Shown here: one piece after another, positions 14,101 to 29,200 of the stretch
Position numbering within the stretch: position 1 is the first letter of the stretch
Layout: every line of letters starts with the position of its first letter
Source of the DNA: Adineta vaga
Taxonomy: Eukaryota; Animalia; Rotifera
Assembly: GCA_021613535.1 (NCBI GenBank)
Contig: CP075495.1
Coordinates: 7,626,001 to 7,690,000 of the forward strand
Direction: 5' to 3'
DNA: 64,000 bases
The notes under the pieces: model-generated
Told to the model about the DNA's origin: nothing
Databases searched by the model: none
The model's input: the letters and a program-made list of their open reading frames with translations, nothing else
Position numbers and translations under genes: made by a program

Positions 14101-15006
14101 ATACAAATATGTTTTGGTTTTATTCCAGGAACAACTGGTATGATTCGAATTTGTTTGGCTACTAATAATGGTAAAATATCGCGTATGGTTGGTATATAAC
14201 TATTTGTATTTCCACTTAAAATCTATGATTAATTGAAATAGAAAACAAAACAAATTAGTCATCTGTTTCGATTGTATAAACATCTTCTCATCTGGAAAAT
14301 CTATTAAGTCTTATACTTTTGTTCTTCATCAATCAAGGTTAACAAACGTAAATTAGCTCGAACGACAAGAACAGAAAAATCATCTCCATTTCCTTCACAT
14401 TGATATATACTTACATATTGTCCAGCAAAATCTTTATATTTAATCCATTTTTGATTTAATTCACGTCGATATTCAACACGAAATGCATCGGCATAATGTT
14501 CATTCTATCGAAAGAGAAAGAAAACAAAACTAATATATAACATATTTTTAGTTTCCTGTACCGGATGTTGACTATATTTGCCTTGTAATTCAATTAATGA
14601 AATAACAGTTAAATTAACTAGATCAATTTGTATATATTCGTATGAAGTTGTTGATATTTTATTGAGTGGACACCATCCATAATTTTCACTTCGTATTCTA
14701 TTTGAATAAATAAATATAGATTTATAGAGAAAAGAAACCTCTTAACCAAACCTTGCTTTCGATGCTGTTGAATTACTGCCAGCATGACTGCTTGATGAAA
14801 AAGCTAAGTCCGGAATCTTTCCTATTTCGATTCCTAATGGAGATCGACATGTTTCTATTAGAAAACAAAAACAAATCATAAATTATATCAGTTATCTTCT
14901 CATTACATTTCGTTTTTATTTTATTACCTAGATTAAATTGTTTAGTACTTGAAAAGATAAGTACTAATATGAATAAACAAATAATGTTTCTCGTCGCCAT
15001 TGTCAT
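11132..15006 (-). CDS. DDR: Discoidin domain receptor (DDR) tyrosine kinase-like protein, probably a pseudokinase
   Basis: Signal peptide; discoidin domain (TCRSPLGIEIGKIPDLAFSSSS, GWCP, ELYGC); DS-like domain (SYSIPQG, DETYDG, GLGQLTDG, YDWIGW, WILISEVVF); TM WLLLISSLLLLLIILSIFVYY (~13120-13185); kinase with HRDISARNCLV, LPLRWMPPES, SDIWAFGITLWEI and ECWRPYGERPTF. DFG is replaced by NSA. Confidence 0.9.
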
Positions 15007-18000
15007 CTAATCCTGTCCATTACCTGAAACACACGAATAATATAAGGATTAAAACGAAGAAGAAGAGGGAAATGCGACACTGATAGATTGGAAAAAAAGG
15101 CGACTGCTGTTGTAATTAAAGATTGTATGTACATGATTAAATAGAAAGAACAATGTTTTTCTTTGCTGTCATCCGTTCAATGTGTATGTATATTGACGAC
15201 CTTGCTTTCTTTTTGATATCGGTTGATCGCGCGCAAATAGATTGAAAATCAGCATGATGCTTTTTTTTCTTCTTTCTCTTTTCATTCGTTTGTTGGTTCG
15301 TATAATCTCTTTTTCTTCTGTTAACTTATATCAAACTAACCGACAGACCTGTTCATCAACTTAATTGGATTGTGTTCGAAAAAAACAAGAAAGAGTAATA
15401 ATGCCTACGGATAGACATGAGAAACAAATGGAACGACTTATGAGAGTGTCAGTCATCGAAAACAACTGTTGTCGTCTGAGTGAAGACTAAAATGTGTAAC
15501 TATACTTTCTTTTTTCGTTCGATGAGATAATGACTTGTTCTTTCGAAGAGAAAGATCGACAAAGGTCATCGGTAATACCTTTGATGATCAGAAATACATA
15601 TAATGTTCGAACGAAAAAGTAAAAAAAAAGGAAAAGGAACGAATACGTTTTGATTTTCTTTCATCATTTTGATCGATTGATATTGAATAATGCACACGCA
15701 AGGAAATTTTGTACATCATATTTGTACTCGTTGTAGAGATGAAAAGATACTTGCTCACTGTTTCGCATGATTAAACCATCCTATCAGTGATATAAATGTT
15801 CGAATTCGTATAGATACAAAGTTTTTTTAATTGAATTAACGATTATCAAACATGACGCACGTGTTGTGTCATTTCACTCATCTTTCTTTTTACATCAGAT
15901 GAGGTCAGTCTATGAAGAGGACACACCGCCTGTCGACACTGTATTTAATGTATGACAGCAGGAATGCCAACTTCGAGATAGATCACACAACTTTTGTACA
16001 TGTACTATAATTGACGACGATAGAGATGATTATCAAATGAACATGAAAAAAAGATACATGATGATGATGTTCAACGACTGATCAAATGAAATCAAAAAGT
16101 GAACATATTACTATCAGAGATAGATCAACGTTTTCATTCTCCTCTTTTTCTCTCAAATGAAACACTGAAATCAAACATGCGATCGACAGTTATCGTCAAG
16201 CTATATAATTTGAAGATAATTATTTTTTTCTATTTCGTCAAAAAAAAAAGTCAAACGTCTATGAAGAGATATACATAGAGATCGAAAGAGATAATACATA
16301 CGGTAGCAATTTTCAGTAGAAGAAACAATGACAAAAGAAAAGGTTGATGCTAACATACTGCGAGTAACGGACAGAAATGAACCTAATTTGGAGCTGATGT
16401 CCCGTTTTGAGACTAAGCATTCTTTTATGTTCATTTCTCGAGTGTTTTTCTAACATTTTTACTCCAGATAGTTAACATTCATTTGTTCGATATCTATCTC
16501 TATGTATGTGTATGATAACTTCTATTTTTCTTTTAATGCAAAACAGTAACTATATAAATCTTCCTGTTATTATTAAGTGTTTGTATATATCTGTATATAT
16601 ATATATATGTCAAGTCAATAGTTAACGGTACTTCAGGTATACATCTCGTAATCATTCTATAAACTATGTCATTTTTGATTGACATCTATTTTTCGCCACA
16701 GGTGCTTCTAATTCATTTCAGTTGAATGACCTACTGTTCAATAATCGAAAGATATTACCACACCTTACTCTTGAGATACTTTCGAAAATGAATGAATGAA
16801 GAAACGATTGGACTACAGTCAAAATACATATGCATACATGAAACTATGCCATCTGCTGATGTGTATGCGTGCTAGTAAAGTTTGTACAAATAACAATTTC
16901 TAATCTCTTTCGATGGGAGCCATTTTGACGATTACAAAAAAGAAGAAGAAGAAGGAAGACGAGAATGAATGAGAAGAAATAAGGCGACTGTTCAGGTCCA
17001 ATTTCAATTTAACACGCAATCATATTCATTTACTCTCCAAAGAGAAAGTAACCGACCAATGGTCAATAGAAAGACTGACACCGGAAATCCAGTTCATTAA
17101 ATCTCGTTTTTTTCTTATTAACTGAGCAATGATCATATTCATCAACAACGATAAATGTCAGACAGTTGTTTCCTTTGATTTAAAAATAAAACGAAACCAA
17201 TGAAATTTTGTCGTCGTTCTTTTTTGAACTTACTCGTTTGACTACCTGTCAAACACTTACTTACTTGATCCTTTCAAACCGATGTCGTTAGTGAACATAG
17301 AGCTTATGAAAGAGATTTAAGAAGAGAGAAAAAAAAGATACGACAAGCATGTTCTTCCAAGCGCATAATGATGAAACCGACAGAGAGATGACAGGAAAGA
17401 GAGGGGAGAGAGAGAGAGAACAAAAAAGAAAAGAGCGTAGCTACACTTTTCCTTTTCCTTCTCTCTTTCTCCTCTCTCATCAGAACAGTGCGTACAAACA
17501 TCGACATGCTTATGTACGAGATATAATTAGAGACGCGAAATCTCAGTATAATGAAATGAAATAAGCGGAAGAAAAGATCAGATATGCGGAAACATTGAGG
17601 TGCAGATGATTAGTTCATCTCCTCCTTCCTAACTAATATTCAACTAACAAGAATGTAGACACCTCTAATAATTATCAAACATATTCATATTACATGTTTA
17701 TGATTAACAGAAAAGAAAGAAAAATGACAAGAATAAAATATCTGAAGCAATTAATAATTCTTTTTCTTTTTTATTAAAACCAAAGTACTGTTGAAGACAC
17801 ATACATTTACTATTTCCAGCTCAGTTATCTTATAGAAACAATATCAGTATACGATCACCTTGAACAGTCTACTTCATTCCATCTATTTATTAAAATAGCA
17901 AGAAAAAGAGAGAGAGAAGAAAGAAAAGTTCTCTTATTTGTTGGTATGTTAAGATTCACTCATTATTTTTATTAAACCAGCCGTATTACCTTGAACTTCA

Positions 18001-19383
18001 CTTAGTAAAAAAACGAAGCACATATATACACAATTGAAATCGAGTGCTACTTAAAATGACTCGCAGTCGGTAGGAAAAAAAGAAACTAAAAGATCATCAT
18101 TATCGTCATCATCATCATTATGTATATATATATATATACACATGTATGTTGGTTTAGATCACTTGTCCTTGATGGACTATACAAAGTACAATATGGACAC
18201 GCACTTGTGATTTGAGCACAAGCAATGATTTTGTTTGAGCACAAACGATCGAGGCTGTTACACTCGAGCTCAATGTCAAATGAAGAAGAAGAAGAAAAAA
18301 TTGACGTAGACAACATTTCTTTTCTCAAAATTTAATCTTAATTTTTTTGTAAAAATTATTAAATCATTTTCTTTTCTTTGTTACTATGACAGTTTCGTTT
18401 CTTGATAATGTATTCAAATCCAAATAATTCTATTACTTGTTAATCATGCGACAAGAATCTTTTGTAATCAAACAAATTGTCTTTAAACAACGAAAGATTT
18501 CATTTCAAGAGTTAAATCTAACATTCTCCGATGACAACTCGTACATAGTTTAGTCTTTAGTGTAAGAAGAATATAGCCGATGGACAAGATGACATTATCA
18601 AATGATGTAATCGGTATTCAATTTTGAAATTGAAGAATTCTTTCTTTCAGAAGAAACTTCTTCGTTATATTTCAATTAATTGAAATTGTATCTTATGTTC
18701 ATTGACATATTGAAGGAGAAACGTATGTTTTCATACAAGAAACAAATTACATCATCATCATCAGTTTTCTTATTGATTTTCATCCAGTACTGTTATATTA
18801 ACAAAAAAAAAAGAAGAAAGACAAGAACGTAATTAAAACGATTCATTGATATTCTCAAAAGAGAAGATTCTCCAGTCTATTTTGTCTCGAAAGTTCAATT
18901 ACCTTCCTGACAAGGAAATACTTGTATCATCAATATTTAGATCGTCTGATTAAAGGAAAATAATTAGCTATAATGCAGAAAGAAATACTAGACCAACAAA
19001 ACCTTGCTAATGACACAGATATTCGATACATCTTTCATTATTATCGAAGGTTAAACTAAGATTGTTGATCCCATAGAACAACTCAAAATTTGATATAGAA
19101 TTCTAGTCAATTTTCTTCTTGATTATTCCAACAATTGATCTATACGAATCTCTTCATTCATACTTTTTAAAAGAGAAAAAAAAACAGAAGGCTTTTAGTC
19201 AAGCACAAAAAATTTGCACATGAAATGGTCATTATCTCTGAGAATGAATAATAACCACTATTCATATATATATGTATATAAATATAGCACCGATAATCAA
19301 TAATCACGAGAAAATGAAAAATAGAAAACTAATTTGATGATTTTCCCATACGAAAAGAACATTATCCAAATGTGTTTATTTTA

Positions 19384-22300
19384 TCAACCAAGACAAAGAT
19401 CACATTTTGCTTTTAAATCTTCCATTGTTTGTAAAACTCCGATGGTACGTTTTTCTTCTTCACTGATTGTCATCGTTGATGTTGGAGTCATCTGATCAAG
19501 TAATAGTTGAGCTTCAAGTATTGTTCGACGTGCATCATCAAATTTTCGACAATTAAATAATGTTTGTGCATATTTACGAAGAACATCAACAAGAAGTATT
19601 GTTGTCGATGAACATGATGTTGATAAATTCATTTTTAATATCGATATACATTTATTTAAATACATACATGTGTATTCAAATTGATGACGATCATTATACA
19701 TTGAAGCAACTAGAAGAAAGAGAATTTCAATAGCTAATTTTTATGTATTTGTGTTGTTTTTTTTGGGGATATTTACCATATTCATAAAGATTTACAGTAT
19801 CTAGATTAATTTCACGTAATAATTGTTCATAAAGTCGAATAGAATCATTTAGTACTTTGAAACTTGTATCCCAGGATGTATGATTTTGATTATGTAATGA
19901 AAGACCTTGAGAAAAGAGACGTTTTGCTTCAAGTAATTTATCAGATGTTATTTGATAGAAACGTGTAAGATCATTATTTTGTTGACTATCATGAACTATT
20001 AATGCTTGAGATGATAATTGATCATTATTTAGAACAGTTTTTGGATTATGTATTCGACGAGTCGTAGATGTTTTCGTTTTGCGACATGAAAACAAAAAGA
20101 AAAATAGACAACAATAAATATGAATGATTATAAATCAAATTTAGTATTCATATATTTTAATAACCGATAAGATCTATCTTTTAAATCTCAACGAATATTA
20201 AACTTGTGTCAAGATTAATCGTTAGAGAAAGAAATTTCGTTTACCTTCCTGTAATTACAATGTTAGTTTACTATTTATTAGAAAATAAATATCTATTTTT
20301 TATTAACGAGACAAAATTCTTATGATAGCTTTACTATAGAATTCGGAGATAGTATATCATGAAAGATTACTTGAGGATAATATCGTAATACTTCTAATCT
20401 ATAAAAAGAAGATTCTCAGATAACATACATATCGATTGACATCTTTAAAATAGAATCTAGATCATTTCTCGATCGTTTTATTATAAGCTCAGATTCTTTT
20501 ACATTAAAATTAATTCTCACCATTCGCTATTTTTTCTACTACTGGTTTACTCATTTCAACACATCCTTCACATTGACATTTAAACTGAAATTAAAAGAAA
20601 AAAAACACAAGAATATTTTCGATTGGTTAATATACATTAGTTTTCAACTTACAAAATACTGTTCGAAAAGAACATTTTGTCTTTGTTCCGTCGATGGCAT
20701 CAAGGATTTTTGTGGTCCATAACAATTGAAAATTTCTTCACCTTGTCGAATAGATCTTGCTGTGTATACACGTAGATAACCTTGATCAAATACACAACGA
20801 ATATTTGGTACACATGAATGATTCATCAATGCACATGTTGGAAATATAGCTGAAGCAAAACGTTTAGTTAATTCATCTTGATCATCATCATGATCGAAAA
20901 TCATTTCATTCATTTGATTCGTTTTCGTAATTGATATTGTTTGAGCATTACAAATCATCTGTTGAATATGTTTAAGTAATACCGATGCAAGTAATATCTG
21001 TTCTGTATCACGTTTTTTTAATTGATTACATTGAAGAAAATTCGTTGATTTGATAATTTCCGAAAGAAGATAAGCTGTTAAAGAATAATGAAATAGATCA
21101 TCAACAGACATCTGTTCTGTATGAGTTATTAATTTTTGAATTGATAAATAATCCGATTTATGTGAATTTGTTTGCGTTTCATTTTCAATTGGAAGTGTCG
21201 TTTGTGTTATTGTTGTCCATAATGTTTCATGATCAGTAGTTGTCAATGTTCGATACGCTGAAAAGAAATCGATTACAATCAATAAAATATTTCTTTCAAG
21301 AATTTACCAAGAAAAGCAATTCCTAATGTTTTCAATACATGTATATGTTTACATTCGTATTGATGATAACTAGCAAGTGCACGCTGTTGACAATTTTCAC
21401 TACAGAAGAGAACATGAGAACATTGAGAACATACATATGGTATGACAATAGAAGTTAAACTAAAAAAAGAAAATAGATGAATGATTTTTATCAAAACTGT
21501 AAGTGTACAAATGAGTAGAATAGTTACCAATAATCACAGTAAGTATAAGCGAATTTTGGTAATAATAGGCAAGCATAGGGACGTTCGTTTAGTATCAATG
21601 CATCTGCTGGTATATCTTGTTTCGAAATAATATGTCGACCTTTTTCTTTTGAATAAACGACATTTAAAGTTGAACTAGCACAAGGTACTTGTTCATTGGG
21701 TCCATTTAGTAAAAGTTTACAATCATCGATAAGAAAAACACTTCGTGGTGGTGATGGAGGTGATGGTGGACAAAATTCAGTATCAATTTTCGCTTTTTCA
21801 TTTGCTTTTGTCAGACAAGTAGCTAACGTTTCTGTTGGAGTTTGTGAATGTTGAATAAGATCATCTAAATCTTTGTATGATGTCGTCGTCTTTTCTTCGT
21901 TTTCTTCTTCTTCTTTTCGTTGATTTAACAATGCTATCTGTTGACTTAATTGATCCATTTCTTTACAAAATGAGTCGATTTTCTTTCGATCAAGACCAGC
22001 TGTTTTCTTTATCAAATCACGACATATTTTAAGTTCATATGCACTACGTTCCGAATCATTTAGTTTATGATAGCAAGCAGCTCGACGAAAGACTAATCTA
22101 CGAAAGAAAAAACAAATCGGACCCATTAAATGAATTCAATAAAATGAAATCAAGTTTTGAATTTACTTGAATTTTAATTCATTTGGATAGAAATCATTTG
22201 CTAATTGAATAGCTCGTATAGATTCATGATAATGATTTAGTTCGAAAAGAACAGCTGATAAGTTACCATATGAAAGTGCCATATCTGAACTATTCGCTGT

Positions 22301-22609
22301 TGATAATGCAATACTTGCTCGATAACACCAGGCTGCACGTGAAAGATTTTTATTCACAAAATAATCGTTTCCTTTTTTACGAAAACTAATTGCTGTTGTA
22401 GCATTTTTCGTTGGAAACGATGATGTTGATGATAAATATCGTTCGAATGTATTCGATAGAAGAATAGTACGATGATTATGAATAAAACGAATACGATCAA
22501 GATCAGATTTTAAATGACTAAAATCTGTATAAAGACCTTTTTGTATTGCAAGATCAAGAGTATGCGAAGCTGTATCAAGCCAATCCATATCAGAAAATGG
22601 AGATTCCAT
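19384..22609 (-). CDS. SMYD4: SET and MYND domain protein lysine methyltransferase, SMYD4-like
   Basis: N-terminal TPRs (FRKKGNDYF, ALSYGNLSAVLFEL), SET start KGRHII, MYND (CDY..CSQC..FCSENCQ..YHQYEC), AIFPTCALMNHSCVPN, EEIFNCYGP, post-SET FKCQCEGC and a helical C-terminus. Confidence 0.88.
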
Positions 22610-23262
22610 TTAAATTCAATCAAAATAAATATCTACAATAAGAAAGATTCCCAGTTGGAAACTATATGCAATTATCCTTTTTCATTTCAAACACGAAAAG
22701 ATTACAAATTACACTTTCAAAAAACATTCGTTCATCTTGTACTATAAACTGAACAAATCATTTTTTGATTTGTTTAATCTATAAAAACGCATCGAATTCA
22801 TCGTCAATTCTTTTCCAGATCTAAATAAACTATTTATCATTAGTTTATACGCCAATATTATCGAAGCATTTTAAGATTGTATATACACTGAAAAGCAAAA
22901 ATCTCGAATAGAAATCAAAACATCTAAAATATCATTTTCTATTTCTTTTCAAACCATGATAAAACGTATATATATTTTTTTTCAATTAAAGAACAAAGCA
23001 AAAGATGATACAAATATAAAGGTTGACTTAGACACGCTGAAAAGAAAAACAAAAGAAAAATTCTCCACAAAAAAAAGAAAACAACACAACGCAATGATCA
23101 GTGATTAGTCAAATTTTTCTTTTTTTGTATATTTGACTATCACTACCCTGAGAATAGAATTAAAACTAAATAAACACACGCACACACACTGTTTGATTGC
23201 ATTGCACACAAACATTGAAAACGAAAAAGAAATAAGACAAAAATCCATTGAGATTTTTATCA

Positions 23263-26200
23263 TTAAGTGGCAATTGTAGTATTTAGTGGGTGATAATAAG
23301 ATGTTGAACCATTTGGTTGAGGTTCAGTTATAGCAGATACAAGATCACCAACAGCACGATTGATATCATCAGCCATATGAAAGAGATTATCAATAGTAAT
23401 TAAATCTATTCATAGAAAAGAAATTGATAGATTTTTAGTAAAATTTTTCTTTTATTTGAAAAAACTTACTTGGTTGTCGTTCAAGATTTCTATCTATGGA
23501 GCCGTAAACCTGTTGATGAACTATGTAATGGACTTGGTGCAGTGGTAGTTCGATAATCAGTTATACTGGTACTACTTGTATGATGATGTAAAGAAGGAGA
23601 CTAAATAATTCAATAGAGAAGAAGATGAAAAGGACAAAAAAAAATGCTTTGTTTACTTCTCGTGATAGTAATTGTTTAGATTTTCTTAATTGTTTTTCTA
23701 ATTGTTTATTATGATCTTCAAGAATTTTCATTCGTTGTTCTAATTTCGTTTTATGATGACGTAATTGTTTCGCTTCACGTAACATTTCTCGATCACTTGA
23801 ATTATATTCATTTAAATATGATAATGAACCTAACTGACTATCACTTTGATAGAATTGTTGTTGTTGTTGATCATTGATTATTAAAGATTTTTCCATATGT
23901 TGTTGACATAAACGTTCATATTCATTTTGTAATAATTGATTTTCATCTTCAAGATCATGAATAATTGCTTCTAATTCATTTCGTTGATCAGCATCCAATG
24001 AACGTGAACGAGTTAATATATCATGTGCAGCAACACGAGGCTAAAACAGAGATATTAATAAAACTGATTCTTTATCTATAGGTTTTCTTACCGATGAATG
24101 TACAAAATTATTTAAATTTCGACAATGTTGTGCAATGATACCATGTTCGTCGGTTCTAAACATTGAACAAATAAACTTCACATTAAAAATGAAATCTTTT
24201 CTTCTCTTACGATTCCATTGGAGCAGAGATAGATTGTACAGAATTCATTTCCGATCTAAAGAGAAATTATTACAAACGATTTATTTCAAAGCGCATCTTC
24301 TTTTTACTTAAATGGTGTTGTTAGAACTGGAAGTAATGTAGGTGAAGGAGATGTTTGTTGAGAAGTAGATGGAATATTATTATCAAAAACATGTGGTAAT
24401 GGTAAATAACCAAGTTTCGGATGTTTTCGATGTTTACTCCATAATTTATTTTTAAATATACGAAAGAAATCTCGAATATCTTCTGATGATGTTGTCTAGA
24501 AATGATAAAAACGAAGAAAATTAGAGGAAAATTTCTTTTTTTCGTTGAAAATGATCGTACTTCAGTATAATATTCTTGTAATGGATCATCCATTTTGAAA
24601 AATTTCGTTTGTTTACCAGAAAAGAAACAATTTTGACAAATGTCACAATTGAAATATTTGAGTGAACGATAACGAAAACCAAGTATGGGATAAATTTTAC
24701 ATATATTACAACGAGCTTCATGTTTCGCTGCTTCACTTGCTGCTAAACGATGCATAACAGGTAACCAAACGAGTGATTGTGGTTCTAATTTCACCCATTC
24801 AAGAAAATCATTAGCAGTTATCACATCGGGATTATGTGCCTGAATAATACGTACAAAATAGTATGAATTGAAACTTCTCGATATAAATATCACTTACATA
24901 ATCAAAGCAACTTTTCACACTTGGTTCAACACTTGATCCGCCAAAAGCAGCAACTTCACCAAGTTGTTTTGGAATCTATACAAAGAAAATGATTTTCTCT
25001 TATTTTATCATTGAATAAATTTGATCGAGCTGAAAGTGATGTATACATATTACTCTGCCATATTGTTTTTCGTTGAAACCAAAAATAGAACAATTATGTT
25101 TATGAGCGAAACAATAAGGTACTCAATTGTTACTAGGTAACCAATGTTACAAAATTTGCTGAACATTAACTGGTGTTTATATTCATACTTTACAACGAAA
25201 AAGCTTTTTAAGTGTACACATTAAATGAAATGTTAAGTACGCAAGGCGTCAAAGTAATTCATATCAGTACTACAACCATTCAAATGTTGTTTTGTTAGAG
25301 TAAATCTATGTTTCTATGGTATTCATAGTGATGAAAAAGTAAAAAAAGAGGAGTTAAAAAATTGATGAGATATTCATTTCATTGGATACTACAATTGTGT
25401 AGATGACTTTTCAAGGCTGTATTTTAAAGACATTTTGTATTCAAATCATAGTCAATAAGCATTCTTTCAGTGTTATTAAGTATTTGACCTCACTTATATA
25501 TATCCTCTATCTTTATTTGTTTTCTCTGAAAATGAAAAGATCGCTCGTTCCTATCGATAATTTTGTTACGACTTGAAAAACTAAATTGAATAAAACCAAA
25601 TACATACAACTATTGCTTGTTGAAATAAAACTGATAGACGTTGTCGATCGACTACATCTCTCAAATCATTATCGGTTGATCGATAAGCCACTAATGAAAA
25701 TATATCTAGGAAGAAAATGCAAAATAAACAATCTCTGTCTGGGGACTTTATTCATCACATACATCGATATTTTTCTTCGATATTTCCGCGACATAATAAA
25801 GCTAATGCCATTTTCATTGCTAATAAACGAATTGAACCCGTTCGATTTCTAAATAAGAGAAATTTTCTTTCCATAGAATTAATTCATTTATATCCTTACG
25901 TATCATATATATTTAATAACCAATTAAGTGTTAAATCTACTGTTAAAATAACATTTATCAATTGTGGATATTCATTTGCTGTTTTTTCAAAAATCGATTG
26001 AAGATAATAGAGAATTTCTGTGACATCGATATATTTATCAATGTTTTTATTTGGTGAATCAATTGTTTGATGTTCTTCAAAAACACTTATAATATCACTC
26101 AAGGACGTTAAATCAACTAAAGAAACAAAAAAACTAAAAGAAAATTTCAAAAGAAAATAAACATACGACAAAGACGCTTTTGTAATGTTCGAAGTTTCAT

Positions 26201-29200
26201 TGCTGTGCGATAAGCAGAAAAACGAATATCGTTTAAATTTGAAAATGATCTCATCAATTCCAACCTAAATGTAAAACAAAATTCTATCTAATGAAAATTT
26301 TTTCATCGAATTACATTTTTGGATGATCCCAAGATGTACATTGATCGGAATGACTAAATTTTGAAATCAAAAGAATGTCTCTATTAAGATATTCTAAATA
26401 AATATGAATTACTTAATAAAATAAGGAACTTTATTAAAAGCTACTGATCGTTGCCATGGATATTCGACTGATGTAGAATAGATATCATTTTCCGTATTTT
26501 TAACTGTATCTTGCAATGTTTGTACACGTTGTGATGTTGATTGAAGTAAATTTTCCCATCTACAGGAATAAAACGTATTTTATTTCATAGAGAATTTTCT
26601 GTATTATCATACCTTCGATTGAGTTCTTGTCCTTGATTAATTGCCTGAATATCATATTCACCTTCGATTGTATGTGCTAGTTGTTGAACATCATCGACCG
26701 ATGTTTTACATGACATGAGAGTTGATAGGAGACGCTAGAAAGAAAACAACGGAAAACGTTTCTTAGATGTACTGATCACAAGATTGTTTTTATGTTAGTG
26801 ATCATTGTATAGCCTTTCATTCTTATGGATAGCTAACGATACGTATCTAATGAAATCTCCACATCTGGCCTATATAATGGATAAACTATGTCGTCTTTTA
26901 TTTCTGTTTATACGTAATGTTAATAGTAATTATCAGAGATCTTCTGTTTCATTAATATTTGTTTTTCTAACGATACAAAGTTCGAATAATACTGTTCTGT
27001 CATGCAGATTAATGAATATTAACAACTGTTGCATCTTAACAGGCATATCTTAAAGCGCACATGTACACTCTCACACGTATTCGTACTCAAAAGGAGAAAG
27101 AAAGAAAGAAAAGAAATGTTTGATCGATGAATCGGAATAAAATCAGAATAGTTTTGAATAAAATCATCTGATATGTTCAAAAGAAAAAAAAGAAATGTAT
27201 GTGTCGTCAGTCAGTTGAAGTATGTAGACAAATAAAAATCATAGACATGGAAGTTTGTCTTTCGTCAATCGTTCTTAATAATTACGAACTATATTATAAG
27301 TAAATCGTCACGGAAGAATTATTCAAGGTTGTCTGTCATTGATCATCAAAATAAGAATGAAAGAATGAATACTACGATTAGATGTAAAATTTCGAAGAAA
27401 ATAGAAAAACGTAGGTTAGAAATGTCCATCTTCTTTTTGAAAACTATCGATATACCTGTACGTATCTATTGCGTAGAGCTGAATATGGCATTACAATGGA
27501 TTTATCAAAGGAATAATATGATAGAAAAAAGACGATCCCCAAAAATGATAACTACTACTCTGCTATTCATTTTCAAAATATAGAACGAACGAAAAATTGT
27601 CGAACACTTATATTATTTGTACATTTTTATATGGATGATTAGAGTGAATATTTCAATTACTTTTGCTTGTTCGATTTCACCTGGAACGTGATCAACGTTT
27701 ATAGCTCGTATATGTGGTTGATGAGCATGAGCAAGTTCAATTTCAAGTAAATGTGCATGTAATTGATCACACTTGTGACGTAATTCGTCTACTGCCTAGA
27801 TAATTGAAAAAAATCGAAGAAAAAAAGAACATGTACATATATATATATATATTTTTTTTCTTTCGTTTGCTTTAGTAAAATGATAAAAGTGAATAATAAT
27901 TACCGTTTGAGCACGTTGTAAAATTTTTAAACGATGTCGAACATTCGTATTCGCACTTTTCCAACGTTGACTTAATTGAAGAACATGCCGACGAACTTTA
28001 CGTAATGTTAAATCAGAATATTTTTTTAATGGTGGTGAAGGTGATGATGATGAGCCAATAATTCCTCCACTTTCGTCTATGAAATGAAAAGATATATCGA
28101 AAGTTAGTTATGAATACGAGAACAAAAAAGGTCAGGGTTAGACAGACAGATAGATATAGATCAGGAAAAAAAAAGAAGAGAAGTACTTTCTTTTTGACTG
28201 GTCGATTGTCATAACAAATCATATCGAACGAATAAAACAATCAAAAGCAAAGAAACGAACGACCTCTCTTTTACGCTTTTACTTACCAGCACTTTCAACA
28301 CCACTACTATCTTTGCTACTATCTGTCGTATATAAACGTTTGCCAGTTGAGATGACTTGTTCAACATATGGACGAAGATTTTGTTCAAGTTCCGTAACAA
28401 TATGCTAGAGAAAGAGAAAGAGAGAGAGAAAAGGGTCATTTATGCATATAAATAACAAAGAAAATAAAGACTACGGTTATTTCCTCTATTTGCATCAAGT
28501 ATCATTGAGTGTCACTTGATTATAAATGAATGGTGAACATCATAGATGGTTAAATTTCTTTTGTCATGTAAAGAGTGAGTTTTCTTTATGAATATTTAAC
28601 AAAAAGAAAATCAAAGGTTACTATAAACAATCTGTCAAAGACAATTAATCAAAAGGTTAAAAGATTTACATCTTCTTTTATTTGGATATCCCATCAAAAA
28701 TGATTAAATCAATAGATTTATTCTTTCGACTGGTCTCTATACCAATTTTTTTAATATAATTTCCGCTTATCTGATGTAATCAACTAAATACGAGCTTTTC
28801 TTTTCTCGTCTAAGTGTATTCTTATTCATTTAATACTTATATTTGAATAGACAACTTCAAAGATCGTCTTAGTAATTGTACCTGACAATCAGGAATAAGT
28901 CTTTCATAATCATTGATCGGTTGAATTGAATTCGTTCGGATTTGTTCTTCGATATCTCGTATATGTTTTAGTAAGAGATCAACATTATCAATAATTTGAT
29001 CCGTATTTGTTGATGATAAAATTTTCTTTCGATTATCTTCGAAATATCTTTGAGCCTGACGAAATCGTTGACGAAGATTTTCTACACGTTGTCGATTATC
29101 ATGAGTTAAATTAATTCGTCCTTCAATTTGTTGAAGACTTAACTAGAAAAAATATATAAAATCGAATGAATTTTTTTTCGTTGAAGAAAAAACAACCTTG

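Noticed and set aside
15025-19380. Short ORFs (16201-16434, 17304-17564, 18086-18328) in a 4.3 kb gap
   Set aside because: They are low-complexity and microsatellite-derived with no consistent exon chain. The region is best explained as DDR 5' UTR, intron and promoter plus the SMYD4 3' flank.
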